Source of the DNA: Hydrolagus colliei
Taxonomy: Eukaryota
Direction: 5' to 3'
Length of the DNA stretch: 64,000 nt
NCBI GenBank assembly: GCA_035084275.1
Contig: CM068756.1
Coordinates: 4,774,001-4,838,000, forward strand
Positions 46,706-60,617 of the stretch are shown here, piece after piece. Positions within the stretch are counted from its first letter, which is position 1. Each line of letters begins with the position of its first letter. A model generated the notes under the pieces. The model was not told where the DNA came from. It made no database searches and was given only the letters and a program-made list of their open reading frames with translations. Position numbers and translations under genes: made by a program.

Positions 46706-49700
46706 AGTATTCTAACATATCCTCAGTACAGTATTTGGATTTTGGAGTCCTATGTGAAATGTGTTAGGGCAGCGTTAATCTGATTTCCTGGTATTCCTAT
46801 ATTGTCCTTGATTTGGCAATCTCGCTCATATTCTTAGCAAATTATTTGCTCAACAAGTAAAGACACTAAAGGCACAAGTCGTGGCTAGCACGGTATCTTA
46901 CTGAGAAGACCTGCAAGAAGTAGGATAGAGGGTTATTTTTTCACAAAACTGGCACCACTAAAGCAACAGGATGGAAATGCATATTCCTTTGAGCGAAGCC
47001 AAAGTAACTTTCTAAAAGGGAAATTCAAGGAAACCAAAGTTTCCCTGAAACCAAAGAAAAGTCGGGAAGTAATTTTCTTTTCAGTATTGTTGGCAACACA
47101 TGCGCTTTAGATACTTTGAAAATACTGTACATTTCAAAGAGGACTGGGAGATGGTCATTTCACAAACTATATCAGGTAAAAGACATTTGCTTACATACAT
47201 TTTGAATTCATTTTACATATGTTTGTTCTTTTGTGGAATATTGCGGCAAATCGTCCCACATTTCTCTGCAGAGCAATAAATGAATGCTCATGTTCCTACA
47301 AACATACAGGTATTGTCACTCGAGACTGTGATAAAAGATTCTTCCTTTTATTCTCTGTTGCAGAATTCCTGAAAAGGAATGTGTTGCACATCCTGGGCAG
47401 AGCAGGATTGCCAATTGTTTTCAGAGAAATAAAGCTCAATAGATTTACTCTATTCAATCTACTTAATACGCAGTCACTATATACTACAGTAAATTGTATG
47501 GATTGCTCTGAGACTTTCAATGACATCAAATGCAAGTTCATTGTTATGTAGCATTTCAGAGCAGATTGGGAAAATTATTGAATTCAACTTTCCTTTGAAA
47601 CCAGTTTTCTGTTGTTCTTCAAAGCAATTAAAAAAAAGAAGCTTCAGAAATAAAAGCTGCGTTTATGAATTGCCTACAATTCTGGGTGCTCTGAAACGCA
47701 ACATAACAGTAAATCTAGACCTAGGTGAAATTTCTGTCCCACAGTTCCACTGAAAGTAACATAAACTAATACTGTACTGCCTTCATGAATGCCAAATATT
47801 CTAGGATGGAAAATTATTTTTAAGCATATGGTTATAATTGAAAAACATATTTTCAAAATACAGCTCAGTGGGATGTTGCCTGCAGACTTATGGACCATTG
47901 TGCAGAACTGTACAGTATATTAAAACAATACAATCCCAAAGGAAAAGTGCTTGTAAACTGGAGAGACTTGCTGGATATTGTTCTGTCACAATGGCATAAG
48001 AAAGCTTGGAAGAAGAAAAGTCATTCAGCCTACAAAGCCAATTCCTTCTGCAAACCCCAACCCATTATGTACTTCACACGGACCCCTGGGAGAAATCTCT
48101 GCACAGATGCTTCCTGAAGCACAAATGCTCCTAAATTCCCAATTGGAGATTTTCCCCTTGGAGTAAAAACTGCAACAGTCATCCATCTCCTTTCCACTGC
48201 AAATAAAATTTCTCTCCACCCTCTCTCACTTCCAAAAGTCATACGGAGTATCTCTTCACCTCAGACTGCACTTATCCCATTATTCTTTGCTCCACATAAT
48301 CATTAGCCCACAAGGCACAACGTCACTGCACTTAACAGAGCGCTTTGATCTGTCCTCTCAATGTGAAAGATGGTGAACCGGATTTAAAGTTTATTATTAT
48401 TAGTAATAAAGGAAAAAAATCGAGGAAGTATCTCAAATTAAATCTTAAATAGGAAACCTGTTCTAAGTCGGTCTGATTAAGAATGGTAGACTGATATTTC
48501 CAAATGGAGACTCTGGATTTAAGAATTTTTCAATCTCAAATCTTGTTACATTTTTCTCAAGGCTGAGACCAAATAAAACTTCGGGGATCTGAAGAGGCAA
48601 GAATTCAAACATTCAACGAAAGCTTGGTAAGACCTTAACATAAAAATTCTGTTAAGAGAGTTCAAATTAAATACTCCCAACAATTATATGTTATCAGTCT
48701 ATGGGATTATTCTGCACATGAGCACATGGAGCCTTTGCATTCTCTGCAGTATCTTCAGCCTCCTTCTCCTCACGAATTAAGACTCCCATTTACATTTGTT
48801 CAATTGGCAAATCCTACAAACATCTTTTGTTCAGCCTTATTTCCACCTCTTCCTCGGTGGGAACAGAACCAAGCCTCAGCCCGTCTCCCTGCGACCAAAC
48901 CACAGATAAGTGCATACAGGAGCTGTTGTGTTCCACTCATTCCCCAGACTTGGACTGCAACCTCTAATGGGAAGTGCCTGGGACAGTGTTGTTCTGGAGC
49001 AGACAAATCGCAGGCACAGCCAAGCAAAATCAAGCTCTCTGGTTTCTACTCCTCTCATTGGCAGCACAGCTAGCATAAGGAGTACTACCTGAATTTCCAG
49101 AGTTCTTTTCATGCCATTTACCATCACCAATGGTTTCCAAGATTGGAGGATAGAATGACTCTTAGCATTTAATGCATTGCCAGGCTGCAACTCTGAATTC
49201 TTGACATAGTATCTGTAGACAAATTCAAGCACTCTTGCATTCAGATGCTTGTATAGCACTCAGGTTTTAATCAGTTCTTACACTTCATTCCCAGAGGAGC
49301 CAATGTCTCCGGTGAAATTTTTCATTCACAGAATATATATGTAAGTAATCTGACAATGCATGAAATCAAACATAACTCAAGCCTTTTCTACAATCTGTCC
49401 AAGGAGCATTAACTACTCGTGCCAACATTGAGCAAAGCTTCTGTCTCTGTATATTCTTTCTATACTATTCAGTAACTTCATTCCATACCTAGAACTACAA
49501 ATATTTTAAATGACACTTAGCAGTCCATAAACACTCTGCTGAAATTCTAATCCCCAGTTAGTGTGCTGTATACCGAATATAGAAGGGAAGGCACAGGCAC
49601 AATGTCATTCATGTGAAACAGTAAAATAATTTAATGATTCAATTTAGACAGAACTATAATGGTACCTCCGACATTGAATAGTGGAAGTGCTACATTACCA

Positions 49701-51925
49701 TTCACATTAATCACCTGCAGAAAATTACAAATAAAATAGGAAAGGAAATAAAATTTTGAATAAACTTAAATATGGCATTTCTCCTCAATACGTGCAGTGG
49801 GAGGGGAACAGTGAGAAATGGTCCAATTAACCACTGGTGTGTTTGTGTTTATGACCATACATTACTTAGAATTACTTCTTAAATGATCTTGAGTCGTTCT
49901 TAAAATCAACTTTCGGTTGATAATTTAACTCCTTTATTGTTTTTTTTATAAAAAAGGACGGCATAAAATAATGCAGCATAGTGTAAAACAGCTCAGTTGA
50001 AAACAAGAAACTATACTCTAGACACTTCACCATTTCAACGGATGTGAGAAAATAACATGATTGAAGTTGCTCAGCATTTCTGTCAAGCAACTGGTGACCA
50101 ACCACATTTTAAGTGTTTCATTTACGCTTGATCTCTCGTTAGTTCACAACTAAACCTCTCTGCTGGTGCTGTAAAAGCAGAATAGCAAATGACTCTAAAG
50201 GCATCAATTCTACAATTCAAATGTTTCACATTGATGTAGAAGTTTAGGTAGATGTAGAACTTATCCGAATGCCTCTGTCCTGCTCTGTTGACTCAGATTT
50301 GGCACAGGTTAAAAAGGGAAAAGCCCAGCAAAAATAAAGTACAAAATTGGGGATAAGAAACAATGGAAAAGCAGCAATATATCAGCTTCACAAAGAAGAG
50401 CAATGACCCATCTCAGTCCTTTACAACATAATTACAGCCCATTTTAGGATATTAAATTAATGGCCAAGAATCTTTCTAAAAAGGTCTTATTAACACAAAC
50501 AGCCTTGTTGAAATTTCATGATAAACGTAATAATGCTAACTATGCTTTGGGTCATAATGCAAGCTATTACAATTAGCAGTGGTTCAGACAGTTGGAACCC
50601 TGTATTTTAGCAATAGAAAGTACAGCTGTTGACAATGTGGATGAAGTACTTCTGAAGTTCCATTTATATTAATACAGCCAAAGAGATCTCTTTCCTTGAG
50701 TAGTCATTATGTATTAACTGTCAATGATCAGAAATAACCAGATACTGTATACTGAGGTTTTATAAACTATCTACATGACATTATTTAACTTGAACAAATC
50801 AGAGTCAAATCAGAGTCTAACAGTAATAAGAATAATAATCCTTGTATTGATACATCTTTCAAAAAGAGAGGATATTTCAAATGCTTCACAGGATTCATTG
50901 TAAAATCTCATGATTTTGTAATTTGTTAGCAGGCAACTTGCACAAAAACAAACCACCATGAACTGAATTATAAATTTTGTGTCTTCACCTGTGTCTCCGA
51001 ATGTTTCTCGACAAACCTTTCAACATCAAAATTCCTACTTATAGGTGAACAACATTTGTGGACTGAGACCACATCATGCCATCTTTTGGATAAAACAAAT
51101 ATATGTTGTTACACATTTTCTAATGCAAAATCATGCACTTTTTAAAATAAAATGTAAAAATATAAAATAAACCTTATTGTATTAATATTTACATTTGGTC
51201 TACTTTCATGTTGTGAGGATGTTTGAAAGCTCTTCACAATATATACTGTAAAGTGCAGGGATTTAATAATGTAGTCTAGTGTTTTATGTGTGTGGGCAGA
51301 TATGTGTTTATTATGTCCCTCATAATAGGTACAAGGCAATGTTAACGCACAAGGTAATATTGATGGGCACCTAGGCAAAATAGGTTGACCTATCCTTGTA
51401 CTAACTCAGTCAGTGGAAATCCTTGCCAAGAGTAGAACACAAACTCCAGTTACTCAATTCAGCTTGTAGCTGACAAGTAGATGAAGCATTTATTTCAGAA
51501 CCAAAGAAAAAACCTGAGGGTATATGTCAAGGTGATAAAAATGATAAATTTGTATAGCAAGGTAAGCTTTTATAGCAGGCGAATACCAAAACTTAATTTC
51601 AGTCTGAGACAGATGCACCTGGATGTAGTTTGCGTTTGGTGTGACCGCTGGCTGACCTTGAAACGTGACAGCTGATTTGCCCAGATATTCAAATCTAAAC
51701 AAACTTAAACTTATTGCATTCGGGAGTGTTTTGCTTTTAGATTTCTGATGCATGTGTGTACTTCATTCTTGCTGTCCACAATTTAACAGTAGATCTGAAT
51801 TAATCATTATCATCATAATCCTTGCATTATAAGATCAAAAATAATTTCAGTTTGGGGTTTATCCCAATGTTAAAGGGTTGTTTTAAATGGGATTTGAGTC
51901 GTTTGTGCAGAGGGAGAAGAAGCTG

Positions 51926-51974
51926 GCACTAGCCTCGGTTTAATGAGCTAAAATGCTTTCTTCTGTGGATTCGC
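51926..51974 (+). repeat. 49-bp perfect direct repeat, copy 1
   Basis: gcactagcctcggtttaatgagctaaaatgctttcttctgtggattcgc is identical to 52530-52578. Confidence 0.95.
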
Positions 51975-52529
51975 TGAAATAACATTTTGCTTGGTTTGGA
52001 GTCGGTTTTAATTTGCTGATAAATAACGGAATGTGTAATTTTGACCAGAATTATCTCTGTTCTTGCTTCGCAAAAAGCTATCAAACTAATTATAAATGTA
52101 ATGCATAATTTGGATTCTGTTTGAACGCCACTTCTGAGTGATCACGAATCTTCCTTGAACAGTACATTATAGATATATGGCCTCACCAATGTGCGCACAA
52201 TCTAATATTCTACAATCTTGACATTGAAAAACAATCAAACAGCTTTGACGCAGTTTATTTTGTGTCTACAACAGCCGCAATCTCCAAGTCATGCAGGCGG
52301 ACGCTTGCCGTTTTTTTAAGTTTCTGTTTCATGATGATCTCACAGAAACATTCAAAAAGAACAGTTTCTCTTGAGGCAAACAAACTCAAAGATAAATTGG
52401 CCAGTTTCAGTTTACAGCTGTCAGTGGAATCTTACTGTGTTCAAAATGGCAGCAGTATTTGCCAACAAAGAAAATCTAATTTGACAGTTATTACTGTGAT
52501 AGCCTTTGAGATGGTTCAATATGTTAAAT

Positions 52530-52578
52530 GCACTAGCCTCGGTTTAATGAGCTAAAATGCTTTCTTCTGTGGATTCGC
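52530..52578 (+). repeat. 49-bp perfect direct repeat, copy 2
   Basis: Identical to 51926-51974, offset 604 bp. Confidence 0.95.
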
Positions 52579-53278
52579 CAACTTAAAACTATGTGTGAAC
52601 ATGGTTGAGGATTAGCTAAAATCAGGATGCGATTGAGAGGGAGAGACACATGAATAAATAGGATGCTCTCTTTACATCACTGAAAGTTTCTTTTCACAAA
52701 TGTTATTGCCTTTGTATTTTAATAATACCCAGAAACACAGAACAAATGAATGTGTTAGAAAGACAAGTGTTGTAAATTCAAACAAATTCCCAAGTAAAGA
52801 TTATTCCAATTTTAACACCTTGTAAATGAGCCCATAAAGTCAAAGATGGAGTGCTATATTTTACATTTCAGACATTAGAATAATTTACAAGTTTCCCATA
52901 CATTTGTCAATGTAGTTTTATCCTCCAACTGAAAACATGGTATTACAAGCTCCTATTCTAACAAGCAAAGGTTTTGTCAGTCAACAGAGGAAGTCAAATC
53001 TTATTGTAGTATTTTACCAAACTTACTTGTCAATCAGCAATTTTCTAATAATAATGTTCACCGATGTTATTTTACTTTTTGAAATGACAAATCTATAAAG
53101 GAACTGAGTAAGTAATTAACTAGATCTCAAACTGTTGCTGTACTACTAATAAACATCTACAAATTAAATGTGCTAATTGATATTAAATAAATATGCAAAT
53201 ATTTGGACTACAGGATTTACCTTCAGTTAGTCTTTACAAGAAAAACACTTCCATTCTACAAAAGAGCACCTGAAGTAC

Positions 53279-53323
53279 ATCCTATTGAAAATGGATCCTA
53301 TTGAAATCCTATTGAAAATGGAT
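53279..53323 (+). repeat. Short tandem triplication of atcctattgaaa
   Basis: atcctattgaaaatggatcctattgaaatcctattgaaaatggat. Confidence 0.85.
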
Positions 53324-53465
53324 TCAGCATCAATCTCACAAGGAGGTGTTCATCATCAGGTGACCTGAAAAATATCTGATCTTCACCTAAAACCCGGCCT
53401 TCAAATTCAATGTTTCTAATTGTTTGGTACAGTAATGCTTAGGGTACCTTCACCTTCGATATCTC

Positions 53466-53643
53466 CCAGTGCTTTGGACGTCCTCCCAATATGGAAGATA
53501 GTGAACAAACGTAACATATTGTTGTATCTAAGACTCTCAATATTCCCATAGTCGATTAGTTCTTGAAATGACTGTTCAGCGCATTGGAACATCCTCCCAA
53601 CGTTAAAGGCGCTCTATGAATGTAGTTTTGTTGTTGTTGTTGT
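53466..53643 (+). mobile_element. Two tandem L2 stem-loop/tail-only fragments
   Basis: cagtgctttggacgtcctcccaatatggaag (53468) and cagcgcattggaacatcctcccaacgttaaaggcgct...(gtt)n (53577). Confidence 0.7.
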
Positions 53644-56600
53644 AGTTATTTAATCCATGAATTTGCTTCATTTATATTTGAGTCCAAAGACCTGAGACAT
53701 CCATTTCCAAAGAACACTGAATAACTGGGTGCATTCCATCGTCCTAGTTTACTGGGCCACTTTGCAGCACGATACAATGGCATAAAGTTATATTTGTGAG
53801 TGAACACAAATGAATTGAGATTAATTTAATTAATTGAGAAACCACAGTAATTGAGATATGTCAGTCCATTGTTTCACTGCATCTAGAGTCTGGTATACTG
53901 TTTAGGTCCTCGGAAAATTGCTGGCATTCCGGATGAGTTCCTGTTGCAAAGCTTTGACAAGTAATGGAACAGCAAACAATATATCTTACAAGAATGGCAT
54001 GTTCTCTTTTGGATCAGAGCTTTTGGAGGTGGAGACCTTCAATATCTGCCTTGTGTTTATTCCCTCACTAAATGGGGAACCACAGTTAGACTGAAAGTAG
54101 CAATCAGATGCTATTTCCAGCTATTTTTCAAACACTTTCCATCCTGAATTTAAACTCTAAAATTAAAACTAATTTGATGTGGCTTTAACTCTGCCAATTT
54201 CAAATTGCCATGAAGGGTTCTTCAACAACCATGGGCTTTGGTCAAAATTCCACTCGTAAGAATGTTGTCATTTTGCATTCAATATAGCACGCTGTTATTT
54301 TCCTTTCAAAAGAACCTAGCTGGCCGCAGTTTTACGTTGACCTGTATCCCTCAGCTCAGGTTTTCTATTTCAAAAGACATACAGACTGTGTAGCTAAATA
54401 TTATTACACTATTCTTTGTCACCATTAAGCGCCAGTTGGCTATAGTCAAATAAATGTAAGAGTTTGTTTTACGATGACATTTCTCAAATATATGCTCTCT
54501 CTAGCTTTACTTTACAATTAAAAAGGTCACAATTTAATTCTGTGGTTGTGATTAAAGGTTCAGAAAATGTAGCTCTGAGATTTTAAAAGCATACAAACAT
54601 ATGTACAAAATAAACTATGTGATTTCTATCTTTTTCTCCACCAAACAAAATATTAAAGCTTTTCTAAAGTCAGATTGCAAAATTTAGACTGGTCCGTAAT
54701 GAAAATCTGCAATCTGTGAGCAATCTCATTTTAAGTCATTTTACGCCGCCCAATGAAGATGAAAACACCGCAGGTGGAACAAAATCTGCAGGAAGTAAAG
54801 TAAAGGGTAGAATATCAGGGTCATGCAAACTGACACTCCACTGTGTGATGCCAAACGGGAAATTTGTTTCCAATTATTGCAGAAGTACAAACTGACTAGT
54901 AGCTTGACCCAAGTACGCATGTTGTACAGAAATCCTTTTCTTTCCAGGTGGGTGTCATGAAGTTCAATGCAGCATGTAAATTGAAATGATACTGGGCCAC
55001 ATATCTGAAACAGCAACAAGATCGTATTTATTACACAGATCATGCAGGAAAGCCTCCTGCTTCCACTGTGCCCAGCAAACAATGTTTAGTGCAAAGAGGC
55101 ATCTCCCCATTTGAAAGGCAATAAATTGTATTGTGCCTACGGTCACTTCCCTATAACTCCCCCTTCCCACCATCCCACCCCCTCACCACGACCAGATTAT
55201 CTCTATGAAGCAGTTCAAGACATTAACCCATGTGAAGAATGCTCTATAAATCCAAGATGTTGTTTTCTCTTGTGAATATCAAAAGTACTGTAGAATCCAG
55301 AAAAGAAAGTTTATCAGTAGGGAGCCAGAATCAATTGAGAGATCTGCAGAACCCCAAAACAAATTGCTGCCTTCACCTATTTTCCAGGAACTATATAAAC
55401 AGAACATGCATTTCTATCAATCACACCTTCTGTCCTTATAACTTACTTTGAGTGAGTTTGCTAAATTAATGCCGAATTGTTTTGTGTCCACTGGGTATTG
55501 GATCAAGCTGAAACTGCTTAAATTAATTTCAGTGGAAACCTTTCAGCACTCTTTTAAGAGAAACTTATCTCAGTTCTATTTACCACACTGGAATGGATTG
55601 CATTTATGATCCAAGAAATGCAAGCTACATCCAAGCAATACATCCATAAACAAAACCTCTCTCTTTTTAAAAACAATACTGATTGGAGTAATTCATGTTG
55701 TGTTATAACATGTATGTTAAACTCTTATTCAAATCCATTTCTGTCTCATCCACAGAATGTTTTGAGTGTTTGGTTTAATTCATCCCAGCATGAAGTAACT
55801 ACGCCCAGAAGTGTACACTGTTGTGTACAACATGATCATCACTCAGTGGAAAATGCCAAAAAAAAATGCATCTGTATTCAATTGACATGTCTCATCATTA
55901 AATACTGCTTTGTTTTCAATGTGTTCTAACTGCGGCCATTTACAATATATCCAAATGAAATATTTTAAAAATTGGCTCGGTTATGATATAAATATTTTTT
56001 GGCCTGTGTAAATCAATATGCTGCACCCTTCACGGAGTGTAATCTACCACAGAAATCTGTTAACTCCGTCAGCGATTTAATTTGACCACACTTTACAGTC
56101 TGTATCAAAATACATGACAGAAATAATCCAGTTTCGTACAGGATTTTTCTTTGTAAATAAATGTTCACGCTTAATTGAAACCTTGCATCTTAAATATTAG
56201 CATTTGAATTTTGAAATGTTCTGCATCAATATACTTGAATGCTGAAACAAACGTCAAATCTTACTTTACACTCAAGGACCAAGAGACAAATGTAATTTTG
56301 TATTTGTCAACTAGGCATCTAAAAACATGAAGAAAATCATCAGCATCTTTAGCATATCGAAAGCAAACTGAAAGTGCTACATATGTTTGCCATTGTAAAT
56401 TCCCCATTTGTTCTCAGCAAAATTCGGTAAAGAGTTAATCACCCAATGTTCCTTCATCAATGCAGGCACATCAAAGTCAGCAATCCACAATAGTATCAAG
56501 TAACTCACATTTTTCTTGCCTTCAATCAGTTGTTGTCTGGTTTGGGAATCCTTAGTGTAGCAAATTACAAACCATCACCTTAACCAGGCTATTCCTTCGC

Positions 56601-57997
56601 TAATACAGTAGATCCAGATCAGCTGTAAAATTATTTCCTTAGAACACATTGGATCAACTTTCCTGTTCCAAACGTGAAGGTCTGAGCTTAGCCTGCGGAT
56701 TTTCTCTCTCAGGATCTTAAATTTCTTCTTCTTCTACACAGCTACAATCTCAATTTCTTTCAAAGTGAATTAAACTTGTGTTACAAAAACATGGAGTTAA
56801 AAGCTGACTGTCATAAATAACAGGACATTTGAACAGCCGTGTAACATAATGACTCAGCTAACAAAGCTTCATTATACCTTTCAGTTCTTTAAATGCTGAC
56901 TTTGCCAGTTAAAGCAGTAAAGAAAACAGTGGAGCACTGTTCTCAACACTGTGACAATAAGTGGGGCAAAGCACAGTCTTCAGTGTGTTAAAAGGTACAA
57001 AAATATCAAGCTTTAAAAAGACAAACTATAAGAAAGAACAATGGCTCATGTCCCACAACCGCACAGGTGCCAACCTCCCACAGTCAAAATAGATGTTAAT
57101 GTACAATGAGATTAGACTAAGTGATACTCAGGATTAACTGGCGTTACAAGAGAATATCATAGTTCTATTTTATATATACAGTATCTGGAATAAAATTCTG
57201 TGCACTATTATACAGGAATCCAAGAGTGCAGGAATCCAAGAGCCAACTGTTAGCAATGAAGTGGGAACAAAATCCTCACACTGTATAGGCTAAGAATAAC
57301 ATAAGAAATAAAAACAAACTGGAAAACAGTCCAATTTAGGTACGTTAAGAGTACAAACCTTCAGAACTTTCAAAACCTTTGGACAGGACCTCTACTTATA
57401 GCCAAAGGTCTTTACTTTGCTCTTTTAATTGATACTGCATTCACAGCCAAGCTTCAGATGGTACCTATCATTGCACCACAATGATTTCGGGAAAGCCTCA
57501 AGTCATTTACAGAAGAAGAAAATTTCAGACACTTTTGAGCCCATGAAATTTTGAGTCTTGTTTAATTGGATGAGACTGAGAAATGCTAATCTCAGTCACA
57601 TTACTGACCCAGACAAGTTATACCAGTCGGATAGTGGATTCTTCGCCTATCAAAGCAAAACAGCCACTTCAAGTGTTTTCTGACATCTGGACATGTTTTG
57701 TCTTGTACACACAGCGATTACTGATTAATTACTCATTAAAAGGACATTGAGTGAGTCACACTATCTTTTCTTGGTTTGAAACTTAATAATGGATTTATGA
57801 TTGACCCTGGTTAAAAAGTATATATTTTTAATGGTCAATTGGAAATCTCCCAACATTTTATTTTGTAGCATTCCTAACACAATCTGGAGAAAATTAGAGC
57901 TCCACAGAGGGTTTTTTTGCCAACTTTTGGTACTAAAATAAAGAAACAATGTAACAAATTCTCATCAGTTTGCTGGTCATTTTTATGTACATGTAAT

Positions 57998-58065
57998 AAC
58001 AACGAACAATAAAATTACAAATATAGAGCACCCTTCACGTCGGGAGGACGTCCCAAGGCGCTGAC
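57998..58065 (-). mobile_element. L2 stem-loop and tail only
   Basis: aacaacgaacaataaaattacaaatatagagcacccttcacgtcgggaggacgtcccaaggcgctga. Confidence 0.8.
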
Positions 58066-58106
58066 TACTAACTGTACATGAAGCAATAACTGCCCTCTCT
58101 CCCCTC

Positions 58107-58292
58107 AATAATAAACCATGCATTTGATATAGTGCCTTGTCACATCTTTGAGATGTCTCACAGCGCTTTATAGAATATACTGTCAAGTGAATTGATTGTA
58201 TATTTTGAAGGCAAAATGCGACTATCAATAGTGCACAACAGCATCTTATAAAAGTCTCCAAATCATTATTATTCATTTGAGGGATTATTACC
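58107..58292 (-). mobile_element. SINE body and tail fragment
   Basis: catttgatatagtgcc...gagatgtctcacagcgctttatagaatatactg...tttgagggattatta. Confidence 0.85.
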
Positions 58293-58617
58293 CTCTTCAA
58301 TCTGTGCTTACCAAAATAATGGCCACTATGGTTAGGCTTGAATGAATTTGGATCTATCAAAGAATTATAAATCAGATTTTTTAATGTGAATTCTGTGTGG
58401 AATGCAGACCTGTACATTTAACTTCAATTATCCTTACTATTTTCCAGTGCTTTGTGCAGCACTGTTTTGGCACATGTATAAGTAAGGATATTTGAGCCAT
58501 AGAACTGATCCACTTTTCCATGATAAAAAATAACTAATCACGAGAGTAGAACAAAAATGTGGACCACAATAGCTAGTTTTGTTATATGCTCAAAAACAAA
58601 AATCATGAAATTAATGG

Positions 58618-58886
58618 CGAGTGGGTCAGTAACCCGAAGACACCGATTTAAAATAACCATTAAAAGAAACAGAGGGGAGATGAGGAGAAATTTTTATCAT
58701 GCAACTGAAAGGGTGGTGGAAATCGATTTGATAACTTTTAAGAGTGAAGTAGACAGTTATTTGGAGAGGACACTTTGCAGGGCTATGGGGAGAGCGCGGG
58801 AGTGTGGTATTGATTTGGACAGCTCTTTTCAAAGAGGAGGCATAGACACAATAGGCTGAATGGCCTCCTTCTGTGCCGTACTGTAT
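58618..58886 (+). mobile_element. CR1 LINE 3' end
   Basis: ORF 58557..58859 contains SVTRRHRFKI...GEMRRNF...ERVVE...FKSEVD, the CR1 TRGH.FK-type motif; ends ggctgaatggcctccttctgtgccgta. Confidence 0.88.
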
Positions 58887-59078
58887 AATAATAATTATAT
58901 GATACCCACTTAAACCTGTGCTGTACCCTTCCTGTGCAAAGCTCTGGTGTACTTTTTATATTGGGCTGCTCAGAACCGCACACAACACTCTCAACTGTAG
59001 AATAATAAATGTCATATCACTTCCTAAAGCTTGCGTACCAAAATTCTACATCATTCACTGTCTCTACACTGCAGTGCT

Positions 59079-59345
59079 AATAATAATAATAATGCTTGCA
59101 TTTGATACATCTTCTAGAGGTCTCAAAGCTGTAAAGTGAATTGACTGTATATTTCTAGGTGAAACACGGCAGCTAGTTGCGCACAGCAGTGTCCCACAAA
59201 CAGTCGTGGTTTTTTTTTCTTGAAGGATTATTTTCAGGCGTGTGGAGTAAGAAAATTTGCCCATGATTTCACCCTGGCCCGGGAATTGAACCTAGATCAC
59301 TCACTTGAGAGGCGAATGCTCTAACCGCTGAGCTACAGGACTCCA
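59079..59345 (-). mobile_element. Full-length tRNA-headed SINE with small internal deletions
   Basis: Head TGGAGTCCTGTAGCTCAGCGGTTAGAGCATTCGCCTCTCAAGTGAGTGATCTAGGTTCAATTCCCGG; (ATT)n tail. Confidence 0.9.
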
Positions 59346-60529
59346 GGAATGAATACAGCATTCATTCCAGTTCCAATCCTTTTGAATATGAATCATCAAT
59401 ATTTCACTGAGCTAATTATAGGCAGTCAGATTGCCAAGATCGTACAATCAAATCATATGGGCACACTCAGCACATCAAAGCAGATAGCGGAGGTCGGGGA
59501 GGAAATGCATCTGTACAGGACTTGTATGTAAATGTAGTGGATAATATGCCAGGTCTGAAAGCCATGTCCAGCTGGATCATGTCTGTTGTTTTCTCTGAAA
59601 AGAACGGTCTTCCAAAAATATGTGAAGTTGAGCAAAACACACACATTTGCTGGGAAACAACCACAACACATTGTATTTATTTCGCTCCTTTCATGTTGGG
59701 ATGCTGGAGGCAAAGAGATAACGTTGGGTGACATCTGCATGCATGTGGAAGTTAATCAGATGACTGCAGATGACACCACCAGGTATGTAAATATTAATGA
59801 GGACAGAATCTTGATGAACGCCACATGTGACAGTGCAAGGGCTGGAGGAGAAGTCGTAAGTGAATGCCAAGTTGAGACGATGGATAAGTTAAGGACAAAC
59901 CAGGCAAGTTTAAACAAAACTTGTTCAAATAAAAAAGCATTAGGTTTGATTATTGTCAAGTCATTTAATCTATTTTGTAGTAATTTGATTAGAATCCGCA
60001 AGGTGTTGCCATCTTTTTTTTCTGCTCTCAATTGTTTAACGTTGGTGTACGCCACATTTTTCGGGAGTCGCTTAACCATTTGATTTCCTGGTCTATATAG
60101 ATTATTTCCATATTTCTGTGGGTATGAGGGTAACATCAAATGAAACAATTCAAGGAACAGGCTGTGAAAGTTGTTCAGCAGCTTCTTGACACTCACTTGT
60201 GACCTGGTGGATGATTCATTTTAAATATTATTGAACCTCTTCTTTCTATCTGCTTCTGCCAAACAGACTCCAATTAAACTCCTTTCCCAATTTACATCTG
60301 CTCCATTTCTTCCCAGGTAAACATGCAGCTCAACACCTTTCTCAGCAATGTGGTGAGTGTTTTGTTTCAAGTGGTTGGTTTTTATAATGTTGAAATGTTT
60401 TATGGCCAGCATGCAAAAATCAAGATTGTCATTTTTGTAACTTTGCCCTTTCAATTTCCTCAGGAACCTTTGCACACTACAGGCTTATTATGAATGCAAG
60501 TCGGCTGCTGCTTTGGCCTGCAAAATACC

Positions 60530-60617
60530 AAGTCACTTCACTTTACAGCATATACCATCAAGTGCTTTCAGACGTCCTCCCGATGTGAAAGAGGCATTTC
60601 AAATATAAGGATTAGTA
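60530..60617 (+). mobile_element. SINE/L2-type 3' tail fragment
   Basis: agtcacttcactttacagcatatacc...aagtgctttcagacgtcctcccgatgtgaaagag...aaggattagtatt. Confidence 0.65.

Noticed and set aside
59586-60196. Overlapping 165-aa (+) and 146-aa (-) ORFs
   Set aside because: No recognisable domain, no supporting splice pair and low-information composition; expected by chance.
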